DNA of 64,000 nt from an uncultured bacterium. GTDB lineage: Bacteria > Bacillota_I > Bacilli_A > RF39 > UBA660. The position numbers were made by a program, and so were the translations under genes. The stretch lies in NCBI GenBank assembly GCA_949285875.1, contig CASDZZ010000002.1:1101-65100 (forward strand). The letters are read 5' to 3'. Numbering within the stretch: position 1 is the first letter of the stretch; every line of letters begins with the position of its first letter. Below, piece after piece: positions 30,770 to 40,510 of this stretch. The notes under the pieces were generated by a model. That model made no database searches. It was not told the origin of the DNA and was given only the letters and a program-made list of their open reading frames with translations.

Positions 30770-31039
30770 TTAACTATTTTTTATAATTTCCTCTAAATCC
30801 AAATAAATTTTTTCAGGAATCAAAACTTCTAAATATCTTTCCAAAGCTTTTGTTTTCCTTGCAGTTTCAACAACATCTAAGCTTTTTTTTACGTAAGCTC
30901 CTCTACCATTTTGTTTTCCTGTTAAATCTATAAAAACGTTTCCTAGGTTGTCCCTTACTACTCTAATTAATTCCTTTTTTGGCAATTTTTCTTTCGTTAC
31001 AACACAAGTTCTCATTGGAATTTTTTTTGGTTTTAACAT
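30770..31039 (-). CDS. ylxR: YlxR/RnpM family RNA-binding protein (DUF448)
   Basis: PMRTCVVTKEKLPKKELIRVV...GRGAYV. True start is probably the M at 31039; the ORF-track start at 31078 overlaps nusA. Confidence 0.75.
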   Translation of the reverse strand: MLKPKKIPMRTCVVTKEKLPKKELIRVVRDNLGNVFIDLTGKQNGRGAYVKKSLDVVETARKTKALERYLEVLIPEKIYLDLEEIIKNS

Positions 31040-31052
31040 TATTTCACCTCTT

Positions 31053-32138
31053 TTAACTAATTGCATTAGTAAGATCAATATTTTCTTCTTTTACTTGTTC
31101 TTCTGTTTTAACATCGATTTTATAATGAGTCAAACGCGCTGCTAACCTAACATTTTGACCTTTTTTACCAATAGCTAAAGATAAATTATCTCCGTTAGCT
31201 ATCGCTAAAGCTTCATTTTTCTTTTGATCCAATATATATACTTTAACTTCTTTAGCAGGCGATAAAGCATTTTTTATAAAAGTTATAGGATCTTTATCAT
31301 ATTTAACAACATCTATTTTTTCTCCACCAAGTTCATTTGTTATACGATTTATTCTAGAACCTTTTTCTCCAATGCAAGCCCCGATAGCATCAACATTAGA
31401 ATTTTCAGAGTAAACAGCAATTTTACTTCTAGAACCTGCATCCCTAGCTACGCTATAAAGAATTACGGTACCATCGTTAAGTTCTGGAATTTCATTTTCA
31501 AGTAGTCTTTTTACAAATCCGTAATGAGCCCTAGAAAGTAAAATCAAAGGACTTTTACCAGAATCATCTATCTTTGAAACATATACTTTAACTGAACTAC
31601 CCATCTTTAAATTTTCGCCTTTAATAAGTTCACTTTTTGGCAAAATTCCGTGCATTCTACCTAAATCCACATAATAATTTTGAGCATCTTCTCTTGATAA
31701 AGTACCTATTAACAATTCCCCTTCTTTATCAGCAAATTCAGCCATAATACTTTGTCTTTCTGCTTCCCTTACTTTTTGGGTTAAAATCTGCTTAGCTGCC
31801 ATTGTAGCAACCCTACCAAAATTTTTTAAAACAACTTCATTTTCTATAGTTTCTCCTACTTTAATATTTGGTACTATTTTTTTAGCATCTTCTAGCAAGA
31901 TTTGAACATCTTCATAATTTTCTTCTTCTTCATCATACTCTTCAACTACTCTTTGATAAGCATAACCCTTAATTTCCCCTGTTTTTTTATTCAAATCAAT
32001 TCTTATATTAGTAAGACCAGTATCTTTAGCATAAGCCTTTTCTAAAGCTGTTGTCATTCCCTCAAAAATAATTTCTTCACTAATTTCTTTTTCTTCACAA
32101 ATTGCCTTTAAAGCCTTTATAAATTCTTTTCCATTCAT
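31053..32138 (-). CDS. nusA: transcription termination/antitermination factor NusA
   Basis: N-terminal domain followed by S1 and two KH domains. Confidence 0.95.
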   Translation of the reverse strand: MNGKEFIKALKAICEEKEISEEIIFEGMTTALEKAYAKDTGLTNIRIDLNKKTGEIKGYAYQRVVEEYDEEEENYEDVQILLEDAKKIVPNIKVGETIENEVVLKNFGRVATMAAKQILTQKVREAERQSIMAEFADKEGELLIGTLSREDAQNYYVDLGRMHGILPKSELIKGENLKMGSSVKVYVSKIDDSGKSPLILLSRAHYGFVKRLLENEIPELNDGTVILYSVARDAGSRSKIAVYSENSNVDAIGACIGEKGSRINRITNELGGEKIDVVKYDKDPITFIKNALSPAKEVKVYILDQKKNEALAIANGDNLSLAIGKKGQNVRLAARLTHYKIDVKTEEQVKEENIDLTNAIS

Positions 32139-32139
32139 T

Positions 32140-32400
32140 TTATCTATCTCCTTTTTCTACCGAACATACATCTAATACATAAGGTTCTTCAAATTCATCC
32201 TCTATTTTATCAATTAAGGGATTTATAATATCAGTAGCTTCTACGCAAGTATCCACATCGACAAATGGTTCCTTATCAATTTCTATTCTTAAAAAATACA
32301 TACTACCTTCTTTAACATATTCAACATTACATAGTTTAATGTTTTTTTCTTTTAAAGGTTCTTTAATTAAAGCTTTTACCTTTTCTTCCAAAATTACCAC
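32140..32400 (-). CDS. rimP: ribosome maturation factor RimP, short form with the N-terminal domain only (86 aa)
   Basis: Position immediately upstream of nusA and N-domain similarity. The ORF terminates 1 nt before the nusA ATG. Confidence 0.6.
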   Translation of the reverse strand: MVILEEKVKALIKEPLKEKNIKLCNVEYVKEGSMYFLRIEIDKEPFVDVDTCVEATDIINPLIDKIEDEFEEPYVLDVCSVEKGDR

Positions 32401-32582
32401 TCCTTAATTATAAAGAGCAGGACATCTTGTCCTACTCTTTGTTGCTAAACACATTATATCATATTTAGTTTATATTTCAACACTTTTTACATATTTAAAC
32501 AAAATGTTTTTATGTTTTTTTACTAAATTCTTAATTTTATGATTAATTTTTGATATAATCTAAAATATACGGAGGTTAAAAA

Positions 32583-33308
32583 ATGAGTGATGATATTTTT
32601 AAAAATATATATAATAAATTAGTTAAACATAAAATTCATAAGTATTATAAATTCATAATGGTTATAATCCTTTACTTCCTTTATCAAACTAATTTTATTC
32701 TTTTATTATTAGATTCCTTTGGACTTAAAATTAATAGCATAAAAAAATCAGTTAGAATGCCAATTTTTATGTTAAATGACCTAATATATATAATAATTTT
32801 AATAATTATGTTCAAAAAAGAAATAAAAAAAGGAATAAAAGACTTAAAGCACAATTTTTCAAAAAGAGTTGTTTTATCCCTTAACTGCTGGATTGTAGGA
32901 AGTTTAATTATGTCTATTTCTTCCTTACTAATTTCAATTTTTCTAAAACAAAATTTATCTGGAAATGAAAGTGCAATAAGGCAAAGTATTCAAATGGCAC
33001 CAATTTATATGCTTTTTACTTGTTCTATTGTAGCTCCCATTTTTGAAGAAATGGTATTTAGAAGAGCCCTTTATGGATTAATAAAAAATAAGTGGATATT
33101 TATTATAGCTAGTGGTGTTACATTTGGTCTTTTACATGTTATTGGAACATTTAATAATATTACTGATTTTTTATATGTAATACCTTATGGCGCTATGGGA
33201 TTTGCTTTTGCCTATCTTCTTAATAAAACAGATAATATTGTTCTGCCAATTTCAGTACATATGTTACACAATACTATATTAGTTATAGCTCAAATAATAG
33301 GGAGATAG
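32583..33308 (+). CDS. CPBP-family intramembrane metalloprotease (CAAX protease/Abi)
   Basis: EEMVFRRAL and FGLLHV motifs in a multi-TM protein. Confidence 0.8.
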   Translation: MSDDIFKNIYNKLVKHKIHKYYKFIMVIILYFLYQTNFILLLLDSFGLKINSIKKSVRMPIFMLNDLIYIIILIIMFKKEIKKGIKDLKHNFSKRVVLSLNCWIVGSLIMSISSLLISIFLKQNLSGNESAIRQSIQMAPIYMLFTCSIVAPIFEEMVFRRALYGLIKNKWIFIIASGVTFGLLHVIGTFNNITDFLYVIPYGAMGFAFAYLLNKTDNIVLPISVHMLHNTILVIAQIIGR

Positions 33309-33314
33309 TTTAAT

Positions 33315-34148
33315 ATGAAAAAAAACAAAAATGAAAAAACAGAAAAAAAGAAGAAAACAAGACTAAAATGGCAGTTTAAACTAATTATTTTTTTAATATT
33401 TATAGTATTTTATATGTTTTTTGTTGGAACAAAAGGAATTTTTATAAAAGAATTTAATATTAAAACAAATAAAATAGATGATAAAATGGGTAGCTTAAAA
33501 ATATTACAATTTTCCGATTTACATTATGGGTCATCAATAAATAAAATTTCTAACATAGATAATTTAGTAAAAAAAATAAATAGTACGAAACCAGATATTG
33601 TTATTTTTACTGGAGATTTAATAAAAAATGAATTTAACTTAGAAAATAGTGAAAAAGAAAATTTAATAAAGAGCTTGAGCAAAATTAATGCTCAACTAGG
33701 TAAATTTTATATAAACGGAGAAGACGATAATAATACTTCTGAATCAATTTTAAATTTATCGGGTTTTATAAATTTAGAAAATGGAGCGCAAATAATATAT
33801 AAAAATTCAACAAGGCCAATTCTTTTAATTGATGAAAAAAATAGTGAAACTTACTTTGACAATAATAACACTATCCCAGAATTTAAAATTTTAGCCTTAC
33901 ATAATCCAGATGATTTTTCCAAATTTACAAAAGTGAACTTTGATCTAGCTGTAGCAGGTCATACGCATAATGGTCAGATTAACATTCCAAAAGTAAAAGA
34001 CTTATTCATTAAAAGTAAGTTTAAAAGTACTTATCAAAAAGTAAATAACACAGAATTATTTGTAAATCCTGGTTTAGGTACAAATAAAATTAATGCAAGA
34101 TTATTTAATCATCCAACCATTTACTTATACAGAATAAATAAAATTTAA
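33315..34148 (+). CDS. membrane-anchored metallophosphoesterase (YkuE-like)
   Basis: Metal-binding motifs DLHYG, GDL, NPDD and GHTHNG; N-terminal TM helix. Confidence 0.8.
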   Translation: MKKNKNEKTEKKKKTRLKWQFKLIIFLIFIVFYMFFVGTKGIFIKEFNIKTNKIDDKMGSLKILQFSDLHYGSSINKISNIDNLVKKINSTKPDIVIFTGDLIKNEFNLENSEKENLIKSLSKINAQLGKFYINGEDDNNTSESILNLSGFINLENGAQIIYKNSTRPILLIDEKNSETYFDNNNTIPEFKILALHNPDDFSKFTKVNFDLAVAGHTHNGQINIPKVKDLFIKSKFKSTYQKVNNTELFVNPGLGTNKINARLFNHPTIYLYRINKI

Positions 34149-34186
34149 AAAACGCCAAAGACTCATGTTTTTGGCGCTTTTTTGTT

Positions 34187-35389
34187 TTAGTTTTCCTCTA
34201 ATGGCAATATTAAATGAACTTGCGTACCTTTTCCTTCATTTGATTCATAACACAAACTACCATTATGCTTTTCAACAATTTCTTTTGAAAGGCAAACTCC
34301 TAATCCGGTACCATTACTTTTAGTTGTAAAAAACGGAGTTCCAATCTTTTCCATAGTTTCTTTATCCATTCCTATGCCATCATCTTTTATAATTATCTCT
34401 ACTTTATTTTTTAATATATTGGTGTTTAATTCAATAACTCCTTTTTCACCTACTGCTTCTTTGGCATTTTTTATAATATTTATTAGAACTTGTTTAATTC
34501 TATTATAATCTGCCAATATATAAGTTTCTTTAGAATCTATATTATAAATAAAATTTATATTATTTTTTAAAATCATTTTAGCTTCATCACACACATCATC
34601 TAACAAAGAATTTAATTCAATTTTGTTTTTTTCAATATTTATTTTAGATATATCAGAAAAATCTTTAAGTAAAAGAAGCGTTCTATCTATTTCTTGATCA
34701 ATTATTCCTACGTATTTAGAAGCTTTACTTGGGTTTCTAATATCAAACATGTCTAGATAACCTTTACATACTGCTAAAGGATTTTTTATTTCATGAGTTA
34801 TTTTAAATAGCGATTCATATAATTTTTTTTCTCTTGTAATTTCTTCTAAAGAATAAAACATTTCTAAAATTTTTTTCATTTTTAAATCAAAATTTCGTAC
34901 AAAGATAAAAATTATATACATAACTATAAAGCTTCCCAAAATATAAAACAAATTATCAGAAAAAAGTAAACTTTGATTAAAAAATAAAACGTAAATCAAA
35001 AATAACATAGTTTTAGTACAAGCAAAAATATTTTCTAACTTTAGTTTTGTTTTATAATACAGAATAAGGATTACAAAAGTTTCCATAAAAAACAAAATAT
35101 TATTTATTAAATAAAAATCTTTAAAAACAAAAAAAGCAAAAAAGCTTAATAATAAATAAGGAACGAGTCTTTTTTTTAGAATTGCTACAAATAAAGGTAA
35201 ATTTATTAAAAATATTGTTAATAAATTTAAATTTCCAAATCTAACAAACAAATAGAAACTAGAATATATTGCCAGATCCAAAAAAATATTTTTTTCTCTT
35301 TCATACGTACTCTTACAAAAAAACAAATAAATTAAATAACAAACAAATGGAAACAATAAAAATATTAAGTTTGATAAAATAAAAATCAT
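34187..35389 (-). CDS. orphan membrane sensor histidine kinase, candidate sporulation kinase
   Basis: N-terminal multi-TM domain. H-box ITHEIKNPL. GTGLGVCLSKEIVEKHNG. No adjacent response regulator. Confidence 0.8.
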   Translation of the reverse strand: MIFILSNLIFLLFPFVCYLIYLFFCKSTYEREKNIFLDLAIYSSFYLFVRFGNLNLLTIFLINLPLFVAILKKRLVPYLLLSFFAFFVFKDFYLINNILFFMETFVILILYYKTKLKLENIFACTKTMLFLIYVLFFNQSLLFSDNLFYILGSFIVMYIIFIFVRNFDLKMKKILEMFYSLEEITREKKLYESLFKITHEIKNPLAVCKGYLDMFDIRNPSKASKYVGIIDQEIDRTLLLLKDFSDISKINIEKNKIELNSLLDDVCDEAKMILKNNINFIYNIDSKETYILADYNRIKQVLINIIKNAKEAVGEKGVIELNTNILKNKVEIIIKDDGIGMDKETMEKIGTPFFTTKSNGTGLGVCLSKEIVEKHNGSLCYESNEGKGTQVHLILPLEEN

Positions 35390-35477
35390 ATAGAATCTCC
35401 TTTCTTAACTTTATTCTATATGATTTCAAACTCGTTTTTTGTCGAATTTTGTATAAAAATAACAAAATTTGTAATTT

Positions 35478-35792
35478 TTACTCCTCATTAAGTTGCTCAA
35501 TATATTTTTTTAACTTCTTTGCATCTTCTTGAAAAATTATTTTTATGGTATTATCAATTTCCACAATACCTCTAGCCCCTAACTTTTGGATTCCTTCTTT
35601 ATTAACTTTAGAAACATCTTTTAAAGTTACCTTAAATCTAGAGACACTAACTTCCATATTAGTTATATTTTTTATTCCTCCTAAATATTCAACCAACTTA
35701 TTAGCTTCATATTTAAAATTAGGATTATTAGCTTTAATAATGATTAAAGCTATTAAAATTAAAACAACTATAATAATTAAATATTTTAACAT
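35478..35792 (-). CDS. PTS EIIB-like domain protein with an N-terminal TM helix and the phospho-Cys replaced by Ser
   Basis: LGGIKNITNMEVSVSRFKVTLKD aligns to the EIIB consensus LGGKENI..hCaTRLRvt.kD, with Ser in the Cys position. Confidence 0.6.
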   Translation of the reverse strand: MLKYLIIIVVLILIALIIIKANNPNFKYEANKLVEYLGGIKNITNMEVSVSRFKVTLKDVSKVNKEGIQKLGARGIVEIDNTIKIIFQEDAKKLKKYIEQLNEE

Positions 35793-35943
35793 ACCATCAC
35801 CTTATTTAGCATTATACAATAAGTATAATAAAATTGCAAGCAAAGAAAAATTAAGAACTTTCAATTATGCAGGCTTTTAAAATGGTACTATTTACCACCT
35901 TTTGAATAAGCTAATAGTGAAAAAGATAGAAAGGGTGAATTTT

Positions 35944-36351
35944 ATGTGTGATAATTCAAATACAAACTCTAAATGTAATTGCATAGCTGAAATACTAAAA
36001 GTAATAAATATTCTACAAAGCGAAGTATGTCCAGGAAATTCTTGTTTAGAAACTTGTACAAGAGCTTATTTTGGAACAAGTTCTTCTGTAGATTTCAACA
36101 CAAGACCTGTAACTCTATATACTTGCAATAATGGTGCTCTAGCAATGCCTATATCTAACTCTCCTACTGAAAGGACAACGTCTAACATTTTCAGGGTTGA
36201 AAAAGTAGATGGTTGTTGCGCTACTCTAAGAGTTTTAGTATATAATCAAGAAACCTCTACATACACTTCTACAAATTCATTTTTCACAATAAATACAGAT
36301 TGTTGTTGTGCAATAAAATGTTTAGGCGATACCTACGTAGAAGGTGTTTAA
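35944..36351 (+). CDS. CotY/CotZ-family spore coat (exosporium-type) Cys-rich protein
   Basis: FRVEKVDGCCATLRVLV and DCCCAIKCLG resemble the CotZ/CotY motifs FRVERVHGSCATL and CFCAINCL. GAAAGGGTG RBS ahead of the ATG at 35944; the ORF-track start at 35902 is an extension. Confidence 0.7.
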   Translation: MCDNSNTNSKCNCIAEILKVINILQSEVCPGNSCLETCTRAYFGTSSSVDFNTRPVTLYTCNNGALAMPISNSPTERTTSNIFRVEKVDGCCATLRVLVYNQETSTYTSTNSFFTINTDCCCAIKCLGDTYVEGV

Positions 36352-36354
36352 AAA

Positions 36355-36385
36355 TTAAAAAGACCACTGTGGTCTTTTTAATTTA
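36355..36385. terminator. bidirectional terminator
   Basis: aaagaccactgtggtcttt palindrome with A-run and T-run flanks. Confidence 0.6.
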
Positions 36386-36698
36386 TATCTAATATTTCAT
36401 CAATAGATATTCTCTCATTATCAAGTGTAATTAATTCATTATTTTTAAAACCAACTATCTTTTTAGTCTTATTTTCTCCATTTTTGAACATAATAATAAC
36501 ATCAGCTTGATAAATATAATCAGGTCTTGTAAAAATTAAATTAATTTTTCTAAGAAGCGTTGCTCTATCCACTTTAACTGGTTTTTCTTTTTTAGAATTA
36601 TCCACTTTATCGTTAGACGCTAAATAAAAATCTTTTTGAACTTTTGACTTTAAATTATTTATTTTATTTTTATATATTTCTGGGAACTTTTCTCTCAT
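36378..36698 (-). CDS. hypothetical protein, possibly YolD-like
   Basis: 106-aa ORF with weak resemblance to YolD-like proteins. Confidence 0.4.
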   Translation of the reverse strand: MREKFPEIYKNKINNLKSKVQKDFYLASNDKVDNSKKEKPVKVDRATLLRKINLIFTRPDYIYQADVIIMFKNGENKTKKIVGFKNNELITLDNERISIDEILDIN

Positions 36699-36751
36699 AT
36701 AACCCTCCTACCAAAATATATGAAAAAAAAGAAAATTAATTCCATTAGGAG

Positions 36752-37870
36752 ATGATTACTATAACTAATAAACCATATACTAAAATTAAAACAATTATAA
36801 TAACAATTATGTTGCTTTTTTTAGGCATAAGCATTTTTAGCATTAGTAGTACTTGTAACTTTCCTTCTGGAAATCAAATAATAATTAAGCAAATTATGTG
36901 GTATGTAATAGGATTCATAATAATTTTTATATCAGCAAAAATAAACTTAAACTTTCTTATAAAATATTCAGTTTATTTTTATATCGTTGGAAATATATTA
37001 CTTCTTTTACTATTATTTTTTGGAAAAGAAATAAATGGGGCTAAGTGCTGGTTTTTAATTCCAGGTATAGGTACGTTTCAGCCAAGTGAATTTATGAAAT
37101 TGTTTTTAATTCTTCTAAATGCAAAAATTATCATAGAATTTCAAAATAATAATAAAACAAAAAAATCAAAAGACATTATATTATTCTTAATTATATTATT
37201 TTTAACAGCTATTCCTAGTTTTTTAACTTTTTTGGAACCAGATACGGGCATGGTAATTATTTATTTTATAATTTCTATGGTAATGTTATTTATAAGTGGT
37301 ATAAAAAAAAGAATATTTGTTTACTTTGCTATAATTATTATTTTACTTTTAGGAGCTTTTTTTTACTTATATTTTAATTTTGAAAACTTATTCATAGATT
37401 TATTTGGAACTTCTTTTTTCTATAGAATTGATAGATTATTAGACTGGTCAAATAAAGATGGCATGCAGCTTACAAATGCATTAACAGCTATTAAAGCAGC
37501 AGGTATATACGGTTTTGGATTTAAAAAAACCCCTATTTATATACCAGAAGCTCATACCGACTTTATTTTTTCTGTATATGCTAGTAACACTGGTTTTTTA
37601 GGGGCAATATTTTTGATTTCAATCATTATTATTTTTAATTTCACGATATTTTTACTTATAAATAAAAGTACATGTAGAAAGTATAAGTTAATAGCTTTCG
37701 GTTTTTTAGCTGTTTTAATCTACCAACAAATTCAAAATATTGGTATGAATATAGGTCTATTACCAATCACAGGAATAACACTTCCTTTTATAAGTTATGG
37801 TGGTTCTTCAACTTTAAGTTATATGCTAGGAATAGCTTTTATTTTAAACTATAAAAAAAATCTCCATTAG
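36752..37870 (+). CDS. FtsW/RodA/SpoVE family peptidoglycan polymerase (intact paralog)
   Basis: PEAHTDFIFSVYA and GLLPITGITLPFISYGGSS motifs; about 10 TM helices. The RBS abuts the ATG, so the true start is uncertain. Confidence 0.8.
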   Translation: MITITNKPYTKIKTIIITIMLLFLGISIFSISSTCNFPSGNQIIIKQIMWYVIGFIIIFISAKINLNFLIKYSVYFYIVGNILLLLLLFFGKEINGAKCWFLIPGIGTFQPSEFMKLFLILLNAKIIIEFQNNNKTKKSKDIILFLIILFLTAIPSFLTFLEPDTGMVIIYFIISMVMLFISGIKKRIFVYFAIIIILLLGAFFYLYFNFENLFIDLFGTSFFYRIDRLLDWSNKDGMQLTNALTAIKAAGIYGFGFKKTPIYIPEAHTDFIFSVYASNTGFLGAIFLISIIIIFNFTIFLLINKSTCRKYKLIAFGFLAVLIYQQIQNIGMNIGLLPITGITLPFISYGGSSTLSYMLGIAFILNYKKNLH

Positions 37871-37888
37871 GAGATTTAATATACAATT

Positions 37889-37965
37889 TGGTGACGCGTA
37901 TGGGATTTGAACCCATGAATGCCGCCGTGAAAGGGCGGTGTGTTAAACCACTTCACCAACGCGCC
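37889..37965 (-). tRNA. tRNA-Glu (anticodon TTC)
   Basis: Cloverleaf read from the reverse complement; anticodon loop CTTTCAC; encoded CCA. Confidence 0.85.
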
Positions 37966-37985
37966 AGTTTTCATAAACAAATAAA

Positions 37986-38063
<78 letters not shown>

Positions 38064-38096
38064 TTTGAGAGCTCATCTAAAACTGACTATTAAAAA

Positions 38097-38173
38097 TGGT
38101 GGAGCTTAGGGGATTCGAACCCCTGACCTTCTCGGTGCAAGCGAGACGCTCTAGCCAGCTGAGCTAAAGCCCC
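38097..38173 (-). tRNA. tRNA-Ala (anticodon TGC)
   Basis: Reverse complement GGGGCTTTAGCTCAGCTGG...CTTGCAC...CCA. Confidence 0.9.
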
Positions 38174-38293
38174 ATAATTTGTTCAACAAACAAATGCATA
38201 TTAATGATATCAAAAAGGAAAAAAAAAATCAATACCTATTTTAAACTTTTTAATAATTAATTAAAAAAATAGTGATTTTTAAAGCAAAAAGTT

Positions 38294-38620
38294 TTAATTT
38301 ACTTTTTGCTTTAAAAGTTTAACTTCACTTTCTATTAAAATTTCAAGTTCTGTATCACTAACTTTTAAATTTTTAAGAGCTAGCCACTCTTTTGTTTTTT
38401 CTAAAACAGTTTTCTTCTTTTCCTCACAAGTTAACTCGCCTTTTGTTTGCTCTACGTATAAAACAGTCTTCTGAACAATTTCCTTTTTCATTTTTTCTTC
38501 AACGCTAGTTTGATATATTCTTTTTATTTGTACTCCAAGATACCCTAACAAAGCCGTAATAGTAGCTATTAAAACTTGGATTAAACTATTTAAAATATTA
38601 GAAATAATATCACCCTTCCA
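38294..38620 (-). CDS. small membrane protein, holin-like (BhlA/UviB-type architecture); start codon uncertain
   Basis: The frame is open upstream of the annotated TTG start. It adds one TM segment (ISNILNSLIQVLIATITALLGYLG) followed by a K/E-rich helical tail. There is no in-frame ATG. Confidence 0.3.
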   Translation of the reverse strand, partial: WKGDIISNILNSLIQVLIATITALLGYLGVQIKRIYQTSVEEKMKKEIVQKTVLYVEQTKGELTCEEKKKTVLEKTKEWLALKNLKVSDTELEILIESEVKLLKQKVN

Positions 38621-38707
38621 AAACTCCCTTAATAAATAAGATGCATCTTCAATATATATTATGGAATTTTAAAAAAAATGACATTAAAAATATAATAAAC
38701 AAAAATA

Positions 38708-38784
<77 letters not shown>

Positions 38785-38790
38785 AACAAA

Positions 38791-38867
38791 TGGCGCTCAC
38801 GAAAAGAATCGAACTTTTGACCTTTACCTTCGGAGGGTAACGCTCTATCCTACTGAGCTACGTGAGC
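38791..38867 (-). tRNA. tRNA-Arg (anticodon CCG)
   Basis: Reverse complement GCTCACGTAGCTCAGTAGG...CTCCGAA loop...CCA. Confidence 0.8.
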
Positions 38868-38875
38868 AAAAAAGA

Positions 38876-39634
38876 TCATTTAAGATCTAATTCAATTCCT
38901 ATAGGGCAATGATCACTACCATATACATTACTATAAATTTCACTATTATTAACATTTCCAATTATATCATTAGAAACTAAAAAATAATCTATTCTCCAAC
39001 CTACGTTTTTTTCTCTTGCTTTACCCATGTAACTCCACCAAGTATAAGCATCTTTCTTATCTTTATTAAAATATCTAAAAGTATCAATAAAACCACTTTG
39101 CAATAATTTAGAAAATTTATCTCTTTCTTCATAAGTAAATCCAGCATTTCCTATGTTAGCTTTTGCATTTTTTATATCATTTTCAGTATGCGCTACATTA
39201 AAATCCCCACAAATAACTACTGGCTTATTCTTTTCTAACTTTTTCAAATAAGATTTTAGTTCTTCTTCCCAAGTCATTCTGTAATCTAATCTAGATAAAT
39301 CTCGTTTAACGTTTGGTACGTATTGATTTACTAAATAAAATTCTTTAAATTCAAGGGTAATAACCCTACCTTCTTGATCATGCTCTTCCACACCAATACC
39401 ATAATTTACATTAAGAGGTTTTTCTTTACTATAAATAAGAGTACCTGAATAACCTTTTTTCTTTGCAGGATTCAAATAGCAATAATAATTTTTGGGATTA
39501 AAGTCTATTTGATGTAATTCAGCTTTAACCTCTTGTAAACAAAAAATATCTGCGTTGATTTCATTAAAGAAATCTTTAAAACCTTTCTTTAAACAAGCTC
39601 TAAAACCTGCTACGTTCCAAGATATTATTTTCAT
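38876..39634 (-). CDS. xth: exodeoxyribonuclease III (AP endonuclease)
   Basis: MKIISWNVAGFRA... and GSDHCPI C-terminal motif. Confidence 0.9.
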   Translation of the reverse strand: MKIISWNVAGFRACLKKGFKDFFNEINADIFCLQEVKAELHQIDFNPKNYYCYLNPAKKKGYSGTLIYSKEKPLNVNYGIGVEEHDQEGRVITLEFKEFYLVNQYVPNVKRDLSRLDYRMTWEEELKSYLKKLEKNKPVVICGDFNVAHTENDIKNAKANIGNAGFTYEERDKFSKLLQSGFIDTFRYFNKDKKDAYTWWSYMGKAREKNVGWRIDYFLVSNDIIGNVNNSEIYSNVYGSDHCPIGIELDLK

Positions 39635-39636
39635 GC

Positions 39637-40134
39637 CTATTTTCTCCTTTTATTTATATAACAGTCGCTTTCCTTAGTAAAGACCACTTTACCACAAAAA
39701 TTTCTGGCTTCGTATTCTTCTTCGTCACAAACAAACCCACAAGATTCTGCAGAAATAAGACTAACTTTATTACTAGGATCTATATCTAGTTTTACACACT
39801 TAATGTTATGATTAGTAAATAAGTAATCACAAATCTCATTCGTTATCCTTTTACCTAATTTCCTGCCCCTATACTCTTTTAGAACAGATACTTCTAAAAA
39901 AACCTCATCATTATGTACAGAAGATAAATAAGCATATCCGACTGGAATATCTTTATCTAAAACAACATAAGCACTTTGAAAGGTAAAATTATCATTATAC
40001 ATAGAAGATTCTAATCTTTCTGTAATAGAATTAATAAACCTTGATTTTGATTCATTTTTAAAAGAATTTTTTAAATCAGCATAACGAGGTTCATATCTAC
40101 AAAGACTTATGGTATCAAGTTTAATAGCATTCAT
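39637..40134 (-). CDS. GNAT family N-acetyltransferase
   Basis: LKEYRGRKLGKRI motif A. Start MNAIKLD with an AGGTGG RBS; the ORF-track start at 40185 is an extension. Confidence 0.7.
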   Translation of the reverse strand: MNAIKLDTISLCRYEPRYADLKNSFKNESKSRFINSITERLESSMYNDNFTFQSAYVVLDKDIPVGYAYLSSVHNDEVFLEVSVLKEYRGRKLGKRITNEICDYLFTNHNIKCVKLDIDPSNKVSLISAESCGFVCDEEEYEARNFCGKVVFTKESDCYINKRRK

Positions 40135-40213
40135 AAAAAACCACCTAGTATTATTATAACATACAAAAATAAAAAAACTATTCACAAAATGAATAGTAAC
40201 TCTTCAAAAAAAA

Positions 40214-40290
40214 TGGTCGGGAAGACAGGATTTGAACCTGCAACCTCTTGGTCCCAAACCAAGCGCACTGCCAAATTGTGCTACTTCCCG
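40214..40290 (-). tRNA. tRNA-Pro (anticodon TGG)
   Basis: Reverse complement CGGGAAGTAGC...TTTGGGA loop...CCA. Confidence 0.85.
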
Positions 40291-40345
40291 AAAGCAATAT
40301 GATTATATCATAATAAATAAATTAAAGTCAATACTTATTTTAAAG

Positions 40346-40422
40346 TGGCGCGCCCGAAGAGATTCGAACTCCTGACCCCTTGGTTCGTAGCCAAGTGCTC
40401 TATCCAGCTGAGCTACGGGCGC
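40346..40422 (-). tRNA. tRNA-Arg (anticodon ACG)
   Basis: Reverse complement GCGCCCGTAGCTCAGCTGGATAGAGC...CTACGAA...CCA. Confidence 0.85.
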
Positions 40423-40510
40423 AATTTGTCATACGACGTGGTTAATTATACCACTTTAAAATACTTTTTTCAATACTATTATATGAAATAATTTAATTCA
40501 TGACAATAAA

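Noticed and set aside
36752-37870. Whether this intact SEDS gene is also defective, given an RBS abutting the ATG
   Set aside because: The full-length frame has all motifs. The odd RBS spacing more likely reflects an alternative start a few codons downstream.
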